Positions 63,819-64,000 of a stretch of DNA of 64,000 nucleotides are shown here, one piece after another (within the stretch, counting starts at the first letter, position 1; each line of letters starts with the position of its first letter). The DNA is from Marsupella aquatica (taxonomy: Eukaryota > Plantae > Marchantiophyta): contig OZ316899.1 in the NCBI GenBank assembly GCA_973895155.1, positions 10,443,135 through 10,507,134 on the forward strand. The letters are read 5' to 3'. The notes beneath the pieces are model-generated. The model was not told the origin of the DNA and searched no databases. It saw nothing but the letters and a program-made list of their open reading frames with translations. Made by a program: the position numbers and the translations under genes.

Positions 63819-64000
63819 TGTGATGCCTAGCCAGGAATCACTAGGCCAGTTAAAGTGGTAAAACCGGGAGTGTACCCTGAAAACACATTAGTATAGTAAC
63901 CAAACAAGGAAAATATAAACAATTAAGGGTGACTATGGAACCTGAGCCGAGGCCGGAAGTAAGGACGCCACGGCAGGGAACATGATTAGGGTTAGGGCGC
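63819..64000. mobile_element. Possible start of another LTR interrupting the LINE
   Basis: LINE homology stops abruptly at TGTGATGCC, resembling the family-B terminus TGTGACGCC. Confidence 0.35.

Overview
Transposon-dense eukaryotic DNA from a land plant, probably non-seed (inferred from the TE families and one conserved plant gene). About 90% is nested mobile elements. In order: a DUF7869/Sola-like transposase remnant (1-1452); a deleted Athila-like Ty3/gypsy element (1453-8042); a fragment of a ~4-kb ORF-carrying LTR (8043-9708), with a complete solo copy at 46974-50930; a 9.8-kb Mutator-like element with a 10-bp TSD (12899-22715); a second Athila-like LTR+gag (22780-24974); a complete 16.2-kb CACTA element (25263-41465) inserted into the LTR of a Ty3/gypsy element (~25040-55010); a Met-primed LTR, a tRNA-SINE, one host PLP-transferase/MoCo-sulfurase-like gene (59025-60307) and a 5'-inverted L1 LINE. 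The main theme is that three unrelated transposon superfamilies each carry chromatin or epigenetic cargo. (i) The MULE has a divergent second gene with ParB-like and beta-class amino-DNA-methyltransferase-like motifs, plus 14 copies of a 15-bp palindrome (TAGCGCCnGGCGCTA) confined to its non-coding DNA. (ii) The CACTA carries a co-oriented four-gene cassette: Cys-rich ORF, EDM2-type PHD cassette, tandem Pol-lambda-like BRCT, F-box. (iii) The gypsy pol has a DNMT3-like C5-methyltransferase between protease and RT and a PHD finger after the integrase. Most copies are partly pseudogenised. Domain calls come from motif recognition by eye and need HMM or structure confirmation.
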